Positions 63,900 through 64,000 of a DNA stretch of 64,000 bases are shown piece by piece (position 1 is the stretch's first letter; each line of letters starts with the position of its first letter). The position numbers and the translations under genes are program-made. The notes under the pieces were generated by a model. The model was not told the origin of the DNA, did not search any database, and saw only the letters and a program-made list of their open reading frames with translations. This DNA comes from Antedon mediterranea (Eukaryota; Animalia; Echinodermata): positions 15,934,001 to 15,998,000 of the forward strand of contig NC_092672.1 of the NCBI RefSeq assembly GCF_964355755.1, written 5' to 3'.

Positions 63900-64000
63900 G
63901 TACGTAAAACAAAGGTTCTACTGTACATATAGGCTCTTCAAAAACTGGACTTCTATAACGTTAAAGGTTATTATATGATAAAATTGGATCTAAATTTTAA

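Overview
AT-rich eukaryotic (animal, invertebrate-like) genomic DNA. The only host gene I can support is a + strand, multi-exon ABC-F family ATPase, ABCF3/GCN20-like. Twelve internal coding exons (1741-59880, 1443 nt, about 481 codons) have GT-AG boundaries and consistent phases. They encode NBD1, the linker and most of NBD2; the start and last exons lie outside the window. Nearly everything else is intronic transposon debris, often nested: Helentron-like non-autonomous elements, Helitrons, giant foldback elements with TAG termini and 3-bp TSDs (Academ-like), Kolobok-, PIF/Harbinger-, MULE- and Tc1/pogo-like MITEs, CR1/L2/Rex-Babar LINE fragments, a Deu/Nin-type tRNA SINE, tRNA-Val pseudogenes and two hammerhead-like motifs. 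I found no prokaryote-type system such as CRISPR. The most unusual signals are: (i) Russian-doll self-nesting of Helentron-like elements with stacked 5' termini; (ii) 17-30 bp palindromes with 7-bp TSDs resembling P/Galileo excision footprints; (iii) a large excess of TAGGCCTA that behaves as an insertion scar; (iv) a fossil Academ-like transposase that can be reassembled across later insertions; (v) a Helitron 5' module joined to different cargo at one breakpoint. All family assignments come from recognised terminal and protein motifs, not database searches.
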